Source: Candidatus Krumholzibacteriota bacterium
Lineage (GTDB): Bacteria > Krumholzibacteriota > Krumholzibacteriia > LZORAL124-64-63
Reading direction: 5' to 3'
DNA: 45,819 bases
Assembly: GCA_039714075.1 (NCBI GenBank)
Contig: JBDLKA010000020.1
Span: 1 to 45,819 of the forward strand
Shown: positions 25,524 through 35,191 of the stretch, in pieces
Layout: each line of letters opens with the position of its first letter
Numbering within the stretch: the first letter of the stretch is position 1
The notes under the pieces: model-generated
The model's input: only the letters and a program-made list of their open reading frames with translations
What the model was told of the DNA's origin: nothing
Database searches by the model: none
Made by a program: the position numbers and the translations under genes

Positions 25524-28500
25524 CTAGAACCTGTCCTTGCTGTTGACGAGCTTGTCGAGCTTGCGGTCGGTTCCCGGCGGCAGGTTCCGTTCCTCCAGGC
25601 GGCACGCCCCCCGCAGTTCGCAGAATTCGCAGGGCAGGCTTGCTTCGCCCTCCCCCGCGGTTTCGCGGGGAATCAGCGGGAAACAGCCGGCGGGATCGCC
25701 CGCGCTGACGGCCAGTTCGACCAGGCGCGCGGCACCCTGCAACAGCAACAGCCGCCCTTCGCCGTCGGCGCAATCCAGGTGGGCCTTATGGGGACGGCCG
25801 GGTTTGTCCTCCTTGACCGGGTAGTAGAACCCTTCGACGACCGGGCCCGACACGGCCATCCGGCCCGCCTCGACAGCCGCGGCGTACAATAGAACCTGCA
25901 TTTCGTCCAGGGTCTGGACCTTTCGGGCCGAGGGCGCCCTTCCTGTTTTGTAGTCGATGACGCACAGGGCGCCGGTACCGTCCTGACGGCGGTCGATCCG
26001 GTCCACCGTTCCGCGCAGCACGATGTCCGCGGCGTGCCCGGACAGATCCGGAAGTTGCGGGTCCCAGCCCACGGCTTCCGCTTCCCGGCTGATCCACCCG
26101 GCCAGATCGGCCAACGGCATTTCGAATTGTTCTTCGAGGGCCACCGGCCGCCATTCCTGGAATCGGTCCATCTCATGGGCGATGACCGGTGGTACCGACC
26201 GCAGAAAACTGTCGAGCCACAGATGGCGCAGCGGAAGGTCGTTTGCCCCCGGCGCGAATTTTTCCCGGGCGGTAGCCGTAAGAACCTCCTCGGCCCCGGT
26301 CCGGTCCCCGCCCGCCAGGGCGGCGTACCCCGGTCCGTCGGGCGCCAGGAAATCGGCCAACGCCTCGTGGACCAGACTGCCGTATTCCAGCCGGCCGAAT
26401 TCCTCCTGGACCTCCTCTTCCTTGCGCAGGGCGAAGCCCCTTTCCAGCAGGAACCGGTAGGGACACTCCCGCCACTGGCGCAGGGCGGACCAACTGAGCC
26501 GGGTCAGGTGTCGCACCTTGGCCAGGGCCGGCGGTGCGGGATCCTCTTCCAGAAAATCCGCCGTGGCCGTTTCCAGTTGGGGCCAGGGCACCTCTTCGCG
26601 CCGCCACAGAACAGCGTCCGGCTCGGTGGGAAGCTCGGGCTGCAGCGCCAACTGCAACCGCGAAACAAATGGCGACGGCAGGACCGGCTGCCCTTCCTCT
26701 TCCGTCGTCCAGGTGAGCAGGACCTCCGGAGCGTTGTGCAGCAGACGCAGGAAGAGTTCCGCGTCCCGGCTCAGGGCGTCGCGCCAACCCGGCAAATCGA
26801 GACGGTCACGGATGCCGCCCCCCAGCAGGAGGGGTCGCGGCGGCCGGGCGGGAAATACGCCGTCCCTGAGGCCGGCAATAATAAGGTGATCGTAGGATTC
26901 GAGACGGGCCTCGACCAGACCCGTGACCAGTACCGGCAGGTTCCTCGCGCGGTGGGGCGGCACGTTTTCACCGGACAGAAGCTGTCCCAGGTCGGCGGTG
27001 AAATCGGCCAGATCGACCTGCGGCAGCAGCGTCGCGTCGGCTCTGAGTGTGTCCAGCAGACGCGCCGCCGCGGTCACGTCGGGCCGGTCCATTTTTTCGC
27101 CGAGGGGATGGTCCGGCGCCAGGGCCGTCCAGACTTTCGTCACCGCGTCGGTCAGGTCGTCCCAGTTCCGGGCCCGGGACCCGCGCATTTCCAGGAGGGG
27201 AGCAAAGGCGCCGGCCACCGCCTCGACGAATTCCACCATCCCTTGGCCCTGCTTCCTGAAGATGTTCAGGGCCGACTGGTCACGGTCCGCCGCCTGCCGG
27301 CGCAATCCCGCCAGACCCCCCGGAGGACCCTGATTGCGGCGAAACATCCTTTCCAGCCTCAGGGTCCAGGTCCCGTGGCTGCCCTCGGCGACCGGCAGTT
27401 GAACATAGGGATGCGTCAACACTTCCAGCAGGGGTTCGGGCCGCAGGTCGGTCAGGGCGGCACGCAACATGAACCGCAATAACAGACCCGCCGGCAGCGA
27501 CGACAGGGCCTGTCCGTGGGTGTTGTCCGAATCGATGCCCGCGTCGCGCAGCTGGGCCGTGATCCGGGCGGCCAGCTTGGGATCCCCCACCGCAACGGCG
27601 ATGCTTGGGCCATGCTCGCCGGACCGGGACAGGATTTCCGCCACGTGATGGGCCGCCAGGCGGCTTTCGGCCTCGGTATCCCCGCAGGGCATGAAGGCTG
27701 GCCGCCCCTCGGGCAACCCCTCCGTATTCAGGGCATCCAATCGTTCCTTGAGGGTGGGAATGTCCTGTTCCGTCACGACTTCCGGGGCTTGGCCCGTCAG
27801 CAGGAATTCGGTGCGGCGGGCGGGCGCCAAGGGATCGGTGCCCAGTCCGTCGGGGCTCCATGTGGCCTGGAACAAACGGGACAGACGGCTGGTCGCCGCT
27901 GGGAGATAGAGCCGGCTGTCGCCGCCGTGGTCCAGCGCGGCCCGCAGCAGTTCGGCCCGCACCGGATCGATCCTGCCGAACCCCGCCACCGCGACCAGAT
28001 CGGGGGCCTGTCCGGGAACCCCGCCGGCCGCCAGGGCCTGGGCCAGATCCGCCAGCCGGTCGACCGAATCGCGAGGCACCAACCGCCGATAATGCCCCCA
28101 GACTTCATGGATGCGGCGCAGATCTCCGGCGATGATCTCCGCCTCCGCCGTCGCGGACATTTCCAGAACCCGGTCGCTCCCCCGCGGATCAAGGAGCAGC
28201 AATTCCCGCCTGTGCAGCCGGATTTCGTCGAACAACCCGATGAACTCCGCCGCCAGACCCGGCGCGCTTTCCCGGTTGTCCCGGAGCCAGGGCAGGGTCA
28301 TCAGCTTGCGGGCCAGGATCAGCGGCCGCACGCGGTCATCCGGAAGGTCCGCCGCGGTGAGCCCCAGACCCGCCGCCATCTCGTCCGCCCACTGGGTCAC
28401 CGTCATGATCCGGGGCAGAAGAAGGGTGTCGCGACCGGATTCATCGAGCAATTCGTGCTGCAGGGTCCGGCACGCGCGCGAAGAAGGCAGAATAACGAGT

Positions 28501-28610
28501 GCTCCGGTCAGGTTTCCGGTTCCCGTTCCGGGAAGGTCAGCCGGCAGGTCCGCGGCCAGACGGCGCAAAAGATTGTCTGAAAAGGGAATGTGGCAAATCC
28601 GCGGGGGCAT
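25524..28610 (-). CDS. addB: AddB-type inactive-helicase/PD-(D/E)XK nuclease with 4-Cys Fe-S staple
   Basis: LPSSRA N-terminal motif, PSPFV, ECPYRF, GTVDRID, IDYKTG, CEFCELRGAC; adjacent to addA. Confidence 0.85.
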   Translation of the reverse strand: MPPRICHIPFSDNLLRRLAADLPADLPGTGTGNLTGALVILPSSRACRTLQHELLDESGRDTLLLPRIMTVTQWADEMAAGLGLTAADLPDDRVRPLILARKLMTLPWLRDNRESAPGLAAEFIGLFDEIRLHRRELLLLDPRGSDRVLEMSATAEAEIIAGDLRRIHEVWGHYRRLVPRDSVDRLADLAQALAAGGVPGQAPDLVAVAGFGRIDPVRAELLRAALDHGGDSRLYLPAATSRLSRLFQATWSPDGLGTDPLAPARRTEFLLTGQAPEVVTEQDIPTLKERLDALNTEGLPEGRPAFMPCGDTEAESRLAAHHVAEILSRSGEHGPSIAVAVGDPKLAARITAQLRDAGIDSDNTHGQALSSLPAGLLLRFMLRAALTDLRPEPLLEVLTHPYVQLPVAEGSHGTWTLRLERMFRRNQGPPGGLAGLRRQAADRDQSALNIFRKQGQGMVEFVEAVAGAFAPLLEMRGSRARNWDDLTDAVTKVWTALAPDHPLGEKMDRPDVTAAARLLDTLRADATLLPQVDLADFTADLGQLLSGENVPPHRARNLPVLVTGLVEARLESYDHLIIAGLRDGVFPARPPRPLLLGGGIRDRLDLPGWRDALSRDAELFLRLLHNAPEVLLTWTTEEEGQPVLPSPFVSRLQLALQPELPTEPDAVLWRREEVPWPQLETATADFLEEDPAPPALAKVRHLTRLSWSALRQWRECPYRFLLERGFALRKEEEVQEEFGRLEYGSLVHEALADFLAPDGPGYAALAGGDRTGAEEVLTATAREKFAPGANDLPLRHLWLDSFLRSVPPVIAHEMDRFQEWRPVALEEQFEMPLADLAGWISREAEAVGWDPQLPDLSGHAADIVLRGTVDRIDRRQDGTGALCVIDYKTGRAPSARKVQTLDEMQVLLYAAAVEAGRMAVSGPVVEGFYYPVKEDKPGRPHKAHLDCADGEGRLLLLQGAARLVELAVSAGDPAGCFPLIPRETAGEGEASLPCEFCELRGACRLEERNLPPGTDRKLDKLVNSKDRF

Positions 28611-28763
28611 AAACCAAAAATCCTTTAACTATTTTGATTTCTTGAGGATAAGAGCGTCCAGACTAACACAGAAAAAGGGCATTTCCAACAAAATGGATCA
28701 AAGTTAAAGAAATAACAGGATGTGACACCCGTATGACATACGCGTTTACTATTATTTCTACTC

Positions 28764-28811
28764 ATCCGGCATTTGATCCGGCACTTGATCCAGCACTTGA
28801 TCCAGCAATCG
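28764..28811. repeat. 12-nt tandem repeat x4 upstream of hemC
   Basis: ATCCGGCATTTG ATCCGGCACTTG ATCCAGCACTTG ATCCAGCAATCG. Confidence 0.85.
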
Positions 28812-28836
28812 CGAATTCATTCCGGGAGGATTTCCC

Positions 28837-29778
28837 TTGGCCACCTCGTCCGAAAACCACGCGCAGGAAAACGTCTGCCGCATCGGAACCCGCGGCAGCG
28901 ATCTCGCCCTCTGGCAGGCCCACACCATCCAGGGCAAGCTGAAGGAACTCGGTGTGGCAACCAGCATCGAAATCATCAAGACCCGCGGTGACCGCATCGA
29001 CAACATCCCGTTTTCCGAGCTGGATGGGAAGAATTTCTTCACCAAGGAACTTGAAGACGCCCAGTTGGAGGGCCGCGTCGATTTCGCGGTGCATTCCCTG
29101 AAGGATCTGGCCACCGAGATGCCCGCGGGGCTGACCCTGACCGCCATGGTCGGCCGCGAAGATCCCCGCGACGTGCTGCTGGCCGACCCCGCGGCAATCG
29201 ACCAGGCCAAGGTCGATGCCGGCGACGTGCTGCCCCTGAAAAGCGGCGCGAAGATCGGGACCAGCGCCGCGCGGCGTCAGGCCCAGATCCGCTACCTGCG
29301 CGATGACCTGGAAATCGTCGATCTGCGCGGCAACGTGCCCACCCGGGTGAACCGTCTGCGCGAAGGTCTGTACGACGGCATCCTGCTGGCCCGCGCCGGC
29401 CTGGTGCGCCTGGAACTGGATCTGGACGGCCTGTTCGTCAAACCCCTGGACGCCGAAGAGTTCGTGCCGGCTCCGGCCCAGGGCATGTTGGGCATCCAGT
29501 GCCGCCAGGACGATGTCTGGCAGGAAACCCTGACCCGCCTGGACTGCCCCGAAGCCGGCCGGGCCGTGGCCGCCGAACGCGATCTCCTCCAGCGATTGGA
29601 AGGCGGCTGCCAGCTGCCCTTCGGGATCAACATCCAGCCTGTGGAAGGTGAATGGCGGCTGGAAACATTCCTGTCCGGCAGCGGAGACGAACCTCTGCGC
29701 CTGACCCTCGAAGGATCCGATCTCGACGCCCTGGTCGCCGAATGCTGGGAAATGATCTGCGAGTACAGGGGAGCATGA
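28837..29778 (+). CDS. hemC: Hydroxymethylbilane synthase
   Basis: RIGTRGSDLALWQA, AVHSLKDL, GTSAARR, LRGNVPTR, LEGGCQLP; TTG start after GGAGG. Confidence 0.96.
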   Translation: MATSSENHAQENVCRIGTRGSDLALWQAHTIQGKLKELGVATSIEIIKTRGDRIDNIPFSELDGKNFFTKELEDAQLEGRVDFAVHSLKDLATEMPAGLTLTAMVGREDPRDVLLADPAAIDQAKVDAGDVLPLKSGAKIGTSAARRQAQIRYLRDDLEIVDLRGNVPTRVNRLREGLYDGILLARAGLVRLELDLDGLFVKPLDAEEFVPAPAQGMLGIQCRQDDVWQETLTRLDCPEAGRAVAAERDLLQRLEGGCQLPFGINIQPVEGEWRLETFLSGSGDEPLRLTLEGSDLDALVAECWEMICEYRGA

Positions 29779-29784
29779 CCTGAG

Positions 29785-30510
29785 ATGACCGCAGGGCGCC
29801 GCATCATCCTGACCCGTCAGAGGGACCGCAACACGGCCTGGGCCGCACGGCTCGTCGCCGCGGGCCACGAGGTGGTCGAATTGCCCCTGATCAGGTACGA
29901 GGCCCTGGCCGTGCCGGATGATGTCGACCCCGAGGCTTTCGACTGGATCCTGTTCACCTCGCCCCAGGGCGTGAAGGCCTTCGGCGAAGCGGGGCTGGAC
30001 GCCGGTTCCGCCCGCATCGCCGCCCTCGGCGCCGGCACCGCCGCCGCCCTTGCGGAAGCGGGCCTGAGGAACGACCTGGATGCCCGAACCGCCGATGGAG
30101 CGGAATTCGCCCAGGCTTTTCTGGACGAAGTGTCCGCGCCTGGAAGGCTGCTGTTGCCGGGCCCGAACCGCCGCCTCGAGGAACCCGGGAAATCCCTGGT
30201 CAACGCCGGGTTCGAAGTGCGGGAACTGCCCCTCTACGAAACCAGCCCCGTTCCCGGGAATGAATGGCCGCCGGTGTCGGTGGCCCCCGACGATATTATC
30301 TTTTTCTGCAGCCCTTCGACCGTCCGGGCCTGGACCCAGGCCCGGACCGAGCGGCCGCGCTGTGTCGCCATCGGCGAGACCACGGCCCGGGCCAGCAGGC
30401 CCGCCGGTTTCGAAACCGTCGTGGCCGCCGCGCCCGATCTGTCAGCCATGGTCCTGGCCGCCGGCCTGGATCCGTTACCTGAACCCGCCACCCCGGAGAT
30501 GGAATCATGA
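29785..30510 (+). CDS. hemD: Uroporphyrinogen-III synthase
   Basis: LTR, FTSPQGV, LGAGTA, LYET, FCSPSTV, IGETTA; lies directly after hemC. Confidence 0.9.
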   Translation: MTAGRRIILTRQRDRNTAWAARLVAAGHEVVELPLIRYEALAVPDDVDPEAFDWILFTSPQGVKAFGEAGLDAGSARIAALGAGTAAALAEAGLRNDLDARTADGAEFAQAFLDEVSAPGRLLLPGPNRRLEEPGKSLVNAGFEVRELPLYETSPVPGNEWPPVSVAPDDIIFFCSPSTVRAWTQARTERPRCVAIGETTARASRPAGFETVVAAAPDLSAMVLAAGLDPLPEPATPEMES

Positions 30511-31478
30511 ACCTGCTGGACCGCCCCCGCCGCCTGCGCGCCAATCCCGCCATGCGGGAACTGACCGCCGAGACCAACGTCGAGGCCCGTCACCTGATCA
30601 CCCCCCACTTCGTGGTCGAAGGCACCGGCGTCAAAGAGGAAATCGGCAGCATGCCCGGCGTATTCCACGTGTCGGTGGAAAACCTGGTCAAGGAGGTCGG
30701 CGCGGACCTGGAACTCGGCCTGAAATCGCACCTGATGTTCGGCATCCCCAACGACAAGGATCCGCGCGGGGACTCGGCCCTGAAACCCGGCAATCCCTGC
30801 GAAGCGGGTGTCCAGGCCCTGAAGAAGGAATTCGGCGACGATGTGATCACCGTCACAGACGTCTGCCTGTGCGCCTACACCAGCCACGGCCACTGCGGAT
30901 TCCTGGAAGACGGCAAGGTCGTCAACGACGCCAGCGTGGAGCAGCTGGCCAAGATGGCTCTCAATCACGCCCAGGCGGGCGTCGATATCGTCTCGCCCAG
31001 CGACATGATGGACGGCCGGGTCGGCGCGATCCGCACCCTGCTCGACGATGAGGGTTTCACCGACACCGCGATCCTGGCCTACAGCGCCAAGTACGCCAGC
31101 GCCTATTACGGCCCCTTCCGCGACGCCTGCGACAGCGCGCCGCAGGGCGACCGCAAGACCTACCAGATGGATCCGCGCAACGGTCGCGAAGCCGTCATCG
31201 AAACCATCCTGGATCTGCAGGAAGGCGCCGACATGGTCATGGTCAAGCCCGCGCTGGCCTACCTGGACATCATCCGCCGCGTCAGGGAAGAAGCCCTGTG
31301 CCCGGTGGTCTGCTACAACGTTTCGGGCGAGTACTCGCTGGTCAAGAACGCCGCCGCGGCCGGCCTGGTCGACGAAGCGGCCATCGTCCGGGAAAACCTG
31401 CTGGCCTTCCGGCGCGCCGGCAGCGACATCATCATCACCTATCACGGGCGCGAAGCGCTGACCAAGGGATGGATCTAG
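30507..31478 (+). CDS. hemB: Porphobilinogen synthase (Zn-type)
   Basis: RPRRLR, DVCLCAYTSHGHCG, SDMMDGR, YGPFRDA, MVKPA. Confidence 0.97.
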   Translation: MNLLDRPRRLRANPAMRELTAETNVEARHLITPHFVVEGTGVKEEIGSMPGVFHVSVENLVKEVGADLELGLKSHLMFGIPNDKDPRGDSALKPGNPCEAGVQALKKEFGDDVITVTDVCLCAYTSHGHCGFLEDGKVVNDASVEQLAKMALNHAQAGVDIVSPSDMMDGRVGAIRTLLDDEGFTDTAILAYSAKYASAYYGPFRDACDSAPQGDRKTYQMDPRNGREAVIETILDLQEGADMVMVKPALAYLDIIRRVREEALCPVVCYNVSGEYSLVKNAAAAGLVDEAAIVRENLLAFRRAGSDIIITYHGREALTKGWI

Positions 31479-31479
31479 C

Positions 31480-32757
31480 ATGAGTAACAGCAGCTGGTGG
31501 GAACGAGCCGAAAAAGTCCTGCCCGGCGGCGTGAACAGCCCCGTGCGCGCCTTCAAATCGGTACCCGGCGATCCCTTGATGTTCCAGAAGGCCGGCGGAT
31601 GCCGCTTCACCGATGAGGACGGCAAGGAATACATCGACTGGTGCCTGAGCTGGGGTCCGATGATCCTGGGCCACGCGGATCCCGACGTGGAAGCCGCCGC
31701 CATCGAAGCCATGCGCGAAGGCGCCAGCTTCGGTGCGCCCAGCCGCCGTGAAGTCCTGCTGGCCGAAGCGTTCCTGGGCCGCATGCCCCACTTCGACCAG
31801 GTGCGGTTCGTCAGCTCGGGAACCGAAGCGGTGATGAGCGCCATCCGCCTGGCGCGCGGCTTCACCGGACGCGACGTGATCGTCAAGTTCGTGGGCTGCT
31901 ACCACGGCCACACCGACAGCCTGCTGGTCGAGGCCGGCAGCGGCCTGGCCACCTTCGGCACCCCCAGCAGCGGCGGCGTGCCCAAGGGCTTCACCGACAG
32001 CACGGCCGTCCTGCCCCTGGACGATGATGAAGCGCTGGAATCCTTCTTCAGTGAGCACGGCGACAAGGTGGCCGCGCTGATCGTCGAACCTTTTCCCGCC
32101 AACGCCGGTCTGCTGGTCCAGCGGCCGGAGTTCCTGCAGAAATGCCGCGACCTGACCGCCAAACACGGCGCCCTGTTGATCTTCGACGAGGTCATCACCG
32201 GCTTCCGCGTGGGCGCGGCCGGGGCCGCCCCGGTCCTGGGCATCACGCCCGACATGGGGACCTACGGCAAGATCATCGGCGGCGGTTTTCCCGTCGGGGC
32301 GTATGCCGCAAGCAAGGAGATCATGGATCACGTTTCCCCCGTCGGCCCGGTCTACCAGGCCGGCACCCTGAGCGGCAATCCCGTGGCCATGGCCGCGGGG
32401 CTGGCCACCCTCGAAAAGACCGGGCAACCCGGGTTCTATGAAGACCTCGAGCGCAAGGGTGCGCGTCTGCAGGCCGGTCTGGAAAAGGCCGCCGCGGACA
32501 ACGGCATCACCGCGACGGTGGTCAGGCAGGGCTCTTTGATCTGGAACGTGTTCCAGGACGAGGCTCCGCGCAGCTTCGCCGCCATCGACGGTTCGAAAAT
32601 GGAGATCTACGGCCGTATGCACCGCGACCTCATCCAGCGCGGCGTCTATCTGGCACCCTCCGGTTGGGAGGTCGGCTTCGTGTGCGCCGCCCACACCGAC
32701 GATGACATCGACACCACCGTGGCCGCCGTGGCCGACACCTTCAAATCCTGGAGTTGA
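31480..32757 (+). CDS. hemL: Glutamate-1-semialdehyde 2,1-aminomutase
   Basis: PGGVNSPVRAF, SGTEAVMSA, GCYHGH, FDEVITGFR, GKIIGGG, YQAGTLSGNP. Confidence 0.97.
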   Translation: MSNSSWWERAEKVLPGGVNSPVRAFKSVPGDPLMFQKAGGCRFTDEDGKEYIDWCLSWGPMILGHADPDVEAAAIEAMREGASFGAPSRREVLLAEAFLGRMPHFDQVRFVSSGTEAVMSAIRLARGFTGRDVIVKFVGCYHGHTDSLLVEAGSGLATFGTPSSGGVPKGFTDSTAVLPLDDDEALESFFSEHGDKVAALIVEPFPANAGLLVQRPEFLQKCRDLTAKHGALLIFDEVITGFRVGAAGAAPVLGITPDMGTYGKIIGGGFPVGAYAASKEIMDHVSPVGPVYQAGTLSGNPVAMAAGLATLEKTGQPGFYEDLERKGARLQAGLEKAAADNGITATVVRQGSLIWNVFQDEAPRSFAAIDGSKMEIYGRMHRDLIQRGVYLAPSGWEVGFVCAAHTDDDIDTTVAAVADTFKSWS

Positions 32758-32764
32758 GGCAATC

Positions 32765-33802
32765 ATGTCCGACGTGAAAAACAGCATCTTCCTGAAGAAT
32801 CTGCGCGGCGAGCCCACTGATCGCACTCCCATCTGGGTCATGCGACAGGCGGGCCGCTACCTGCCCGAATACCAGGAAGTCCGTTCGAAGCTCTCGTTCA
32901 CCGAGTTGTGCCACACCCCGGAAGCGGCCTGCGAAGTCACCCTGCAGCCCATCCGCCGTTTCGGTTTCGATGCCGCGATCATGTTCAGCGACATCCTGAC
33001 ACCGCTCGAGCCCATGGGCGCGCCCTTCGATTTCTCCAAGGGCGGGCCCAAGCTGGAACGACCGCTGCGCAGCGAAGAGGACATCGATTCACTGACGAAA
33101 TACGACGCCCGCGAAGGCACCCACTTCGTGGCCGAGGCCATCAAGCTGATGAAGGAAGGGCTGGGCGACAAGACACCGCTGATCGGTTTCGCCGGTTCGC
33201 CGTTCACTCTGGCCACCTACCTGATCGAGGGCGGCGGCTCCAAGAACTACGAGAACCTGAAGACCATGCTGTACAGCCGGCCCGAGCTGCTGAACAAGCT
33301 GATGGACAAGCTGACCGACCAGACCCTTGATTATCTTTCCATGCAGGTCGATGCCGGAGTCGACGCCGTGCAGCTGTTCGACACCTGGGGCGGCATCCTG
33401 CACCCGGCCGACTACGCCGCGGTGGTTCTGCCCTGCGTCAAACGCATCATGGACGGCCTGAAGGACAAGGGCGTTCCGCGTATCTACTTCCTGAAGGGGA
33501 GCGCTCCCTACCTCGACCTGGTCACCACGCTGGACGTCGAGGCCCTGGGCATGGACTGGACCATGGACATGGCCAAATCGCTGCCCCTCATGAAAGGCTA
33601 TGCGGTACAGGGCAACCTGGATCCGCTGGCCCTGTTCGGTTCGGAGGATCAGATCCGCACCCGCGCCCTGGACATCTGCCGGGCCGGATCGAAAGCCCCC
33701 GGGCACGTTTTCAATCTGGGTCACGGGATTTTGCCCCAGGCCCCGATTTCCGCCGTCGAAACCCTGGTCGAAACCGTCCAGGGCTACCGTAAAGGACAAT
33801 AG
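32765..33802 (+). CDS. hemE: Uroporphyrinogen decarboxylase
   Basis: PIWVMRQAGRYLPEY, DAAIMFSDIL, IGFAGSPFTLATY, QGNLDP, FNLGHGI. Confidence 0.97.
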   Translation: MSDVKNSIFLKNLRGEPTDRTPIWVMRQAGRYLPEYQEVRSKLSFTELCHTPEAACEVTLQPIRRFGFDAAIMFSDILTPLEPMGAPFDFSKGGPKLERPLRSEEDIDSLTKYDAREGTHFVAEAIKLMKEGLGDKTPLIGFAGSPFTLATYLIEGGGSKNYENLKTMLYSRPELLNKLMDKLTDQTLDYLSMQVDAGVDAVQLFDTWGGILHPADYAAVVLPCVKRIMDGLKDKGVPRIYFLKGSAPYLDLVTTLDVEALGMDWTMDMAKSLPLMKGYAVQGNLDPLALFGSEDQIRTRALDICRAGSKAPGHVFNLGHGILPQAPISAVETLVETVQGYRKGQ

Positions 33803-33803
33803 A

Positions 33804-35180
33804 ATGCCTTTGAACATACCCGCCGACTTCGTCGAGAAGTACAACAAGCCCGGCCCGCGGTACACCAGCTACCCCACGGTGCCGGCCTGGGACCAGGTGT
33901 TCGGCGAGAACGAGTACCGCGAGGCCCTGACCGAACTCGCCGGACGGACGGACGACGAGCTGGCCATCTACCTGCACCTGCCGTTCTGCGCCAAGGCCTG
34001 CCACTACTGCGGGTGCAACATGCTGGTGACGCGCGAAAAGGGCGCGGTCCACCAGTACCTGGACCGGGTGGAGAAGGAACTCGAGCGGGTCACTTCGATC
34101 ATCGGCACCGACCGCAAGGTGGCCCAGTTCCACTGGGGCGGCGGCACGCCCAACTTCCTGAACGAGGAAGAGACCGAGCGGGCGCTGAACCTGTTCCGGG
34201 CGGCCTTCGACATCAAGCCCGACGCCGAAGTCTCGCTGGAGATCGATCCGCGCATCGCCACGCCCGACCAGGCGGTTTCCCTGCGTGAAGCCGGCTTCAA
34301 CCGCATCAGCATGGGCGTGCAGGATTTCGACCAGCGCACGCAGAAGGCCATCGGCCGCAACCAGACCCGCGAAAAAACGCTGAAGGTCTACCAGGGCTGT
34401 CGCGACGCCGGTTTCGAGGGCGTCAACGTCGATCTGGTCTACGGCCTGCCCGGACAGACCTTCGACTCGTTCACCGACACCTTGAAGGGCATCATCGAGC
34501 TGCAGCCCGACCGCGTGGCCTGCTTCAGCTACGCCCACGTGCCCTGGGTGCGGCCCAACCAGGAGCTGGTCGACACCACGATCATGCTCACCGGTTACGA
34601 GAAGTTCCAGCTCTTCCAGCTGACGGTGGACATGTTCCAGGACGCGGACTACTCCTGGATCGGCATCGACCACTTCGCCAAGAAGAACGATGAACTTTCG
34701 GTGGCCCTGGAGAACAGGGTCCTGCACCGGAACTTCATGGGCTACGCCACCAAGCCGGCGCCCCACATGCTGGCCTTCGGCATGAGCGGCATCGGCGACG
34801 TGTGCGACCGCTTCGTACAGAACGACGCGGATTTCAACAGCTGGTCCGAAGGCATCGACGCCGGCGGCCTGCCCGTGGTCAAGGGGCACAAGCTTTCCGA
34901 GGACGACAAGCTCAGGCGGCTGGCCATCCTGAACCTGATGTGCAACCTGGAGCTGCCCTGGACCCTGACCGAAAAGGCGTATGGCGCCCCGGCGGACAAA
35001 CTGCTGGCCGAAAGCCTGAAAGCGCTGCCGCCGTTGATCGCAGACGACCTGGCCACCATGGACGAGGGCGGCATTCGCATCACCGACAAGGGACGTTATT
35101 TCGTGCGCAACGTGGCCATGATCCTGGATGCGTACCTGGGCAAGGGCAAAGGCAAGCCCATCTTCTCGAAGACCGTTTGA
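33804..35180 (+). CDS. hemN: Oxygen-independent coproporphyrinogen III dehydrogenase (radical SAM)
   Basis: GPRYTSYPT N-terminal motif, HLPFCAKACHYCGC, GGGTP, HRNFMGY, FSKTV: true-HemN features, not HemW. Confidence 0.95.
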   Translation: MPLNIPADFVEKYNKPGPRYTSYPTVPAWDQVFGENEYREALTELAGRTDDELAIYLHLPFCAKACHYCGCNMLVTREKGAVHQYLDRVEKELERVTSIIGTDRKVAQFHWGGGTPNFLNEEETERALNLFRAAFDIKPDAEVSLEIDPRIATPDQAVSLREAGFNRISMGVQDFDQRTQKAIGRNQTREKTLKVYQGCRDAGFEGVNVDLVYGLPGQTFDSFTDTLKGIIELQPDRVACFSYAHVPWVRPNQELVDTTIMLTGYEKFQLFQLTVDMFQDADYSWIGIDHFAKKNDELSVALENRVLHRNFMGYATKPAPHMLAFGMSGIGDVCDRFVQNDADFNSWSEGIDAGGLPVVKGHKLSEDDKLRRLAILNLMCNLELPWTLTEKAYGAPADKLLAESLKALPPLIADDLATMDEGGIRITDKGRYFVRNVAMILDAYLGKGKGKPIFSKTV

Positions 35181-35191
35181 GGGGACCGACT

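Noticed and set aside
28764..28811. CRISPR array
   Set aside because: The 12-nt units are contiguous with no spacers, and there are no cas genes in the window.
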